From: Octopus vulgaris | Lineage: Eukaryota | Direction: 5' to 3' | NCBI GenBank assembly: GCA_951406725.2 | Contig: OX597830.1 | Location: 23,188,001 to 23,252,000, forward strand | Length of the DNA stretch: 64,000 nt | The notes under the pieces: generated by a model | What the model saw: the letters and a program-made list of their open reading frames with translations, nothing else | Databases searched by the model: none | Told to the model about the DNA's origin: nothing | Shown here: positions 63,162-64,000 of the stretch, piece after piece | Layout of the letters: the number at the start of each line of letters is the position of its first letter | Numbering within the stretch: position 1 is the first letter of the stretch | Position numbers and translations under genes: made by a program

Positions 63162-63360
63162 GTGATTTTTCTAGTTGATGTTGTTTGTGCATGTCAGTTA
63201 TAGTGAAAGCCATGTTAGAATGGTGGGAGATGAAACAGCAAAGAACAAAAAAAAAACACTAAAACATTCTATCTCTCTCTCTTTCTGTCTCTCTCTTTCT
63301 CTTCACAATAGAGGTCGTTTGGCTCCAGAGTAGCTTTGATCAAGCAAAATCTATGATAAA

Positions 63361-63577
63361 CCCTTTAGCACATAAACCAGCCATATCTGGCCAAAATATC
63401 TTATTTGCTTTATGTTCAAACAGGACAGATCCAACCTCTCACACCTACACTACAATGTCAGTCTAAAAATAAACAACTGGATCAAAATTTCAGCGCTATA
63501 AGATCATATAAGATTAATTCAAAACAACGTGAACAAATAAACATCACATTTGACTGAGTAAACTGAATGCTAAAGGG
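63361..63577. mobile_element. piggyBac-like MITE, uninterrupted; a further fragment lies at about 63895-64000
   Basis: TIRs CCCTTTAGCA / TGCTAAAGGG; degenerate TTAA flanks; internal homology to 46254-47311. Confidence 0.75.
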
Positions 63578-64000
63578 TAACATTTTAGCGTTTAAACAGA
63601 CCAGTGGGTTTGTGGCTGCAGTAAAAAAGACAAAACAAAGCCGCAGAATACGACAAAGAGATGGGATTCCTTATCTCAAGTAGCTGAGTAAGAGGGACTG
63701 CCAGCAAAGTGGGGTCCTAGGTGGGAATGCAGAATTGATATATGTATGGGGGAACATTTTGCAGTGAGGGGGAATAATATTTTTTTTCAGAATTCTAGAA
63801 CATCACAGTTGCCAACATTTGCCCTGCAAAACCTATTTTGAACAATGTGGTTATAGATACATATAAAAGACGTATTTCACCAGGCATTATTAATAAATAT
63901 ATTCTACCTGTTTACTATACAAACTGGCCAGACCTGGCCTCTCACACCTACCCAACAATGTCATTCAAAATATAAGCAGTCATGCCATTGAAATCCCAAA

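Overview
Eukaryotic, AT-rich, repeat-dominated DNA. The mix of tRNA-derived SINEs and dense (AT)n/(AC)n/(AAT)n/(CAT)n/(GATA)n microsatellites points to an octopus or other coleoid intron or intergenic region (inferred, not verified). I found no confidently supported protein-coding gene: nearly all listed ORFs are translations of microsatellites, minisatellites or SINEs. The window holds about 7 interspersed repeat families (labelled A-G here, names are mine), hAT, Tc1/mariner and piggyBac-like MITEs with readable TSDs, two Helitron-like elements, fragments of Dong/R4, RTE and Penelope-like (PLE) retroelements, and a short 28S rRNA-derived fragment. The most notable signal is a set of minimal type I hammerhead-ribozyme-like motifs from several unrelated families. 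They sit in or at the centre of inverted repeats and palindromes, and one lies in a TSD-bounded element that also carries a tRNA-like Pol III segment. There is also a pre-miRNA-like hairpin at 48.74-48.80 kb. Coordinates of degenerate repeats are approximate, and everything was read by eye.
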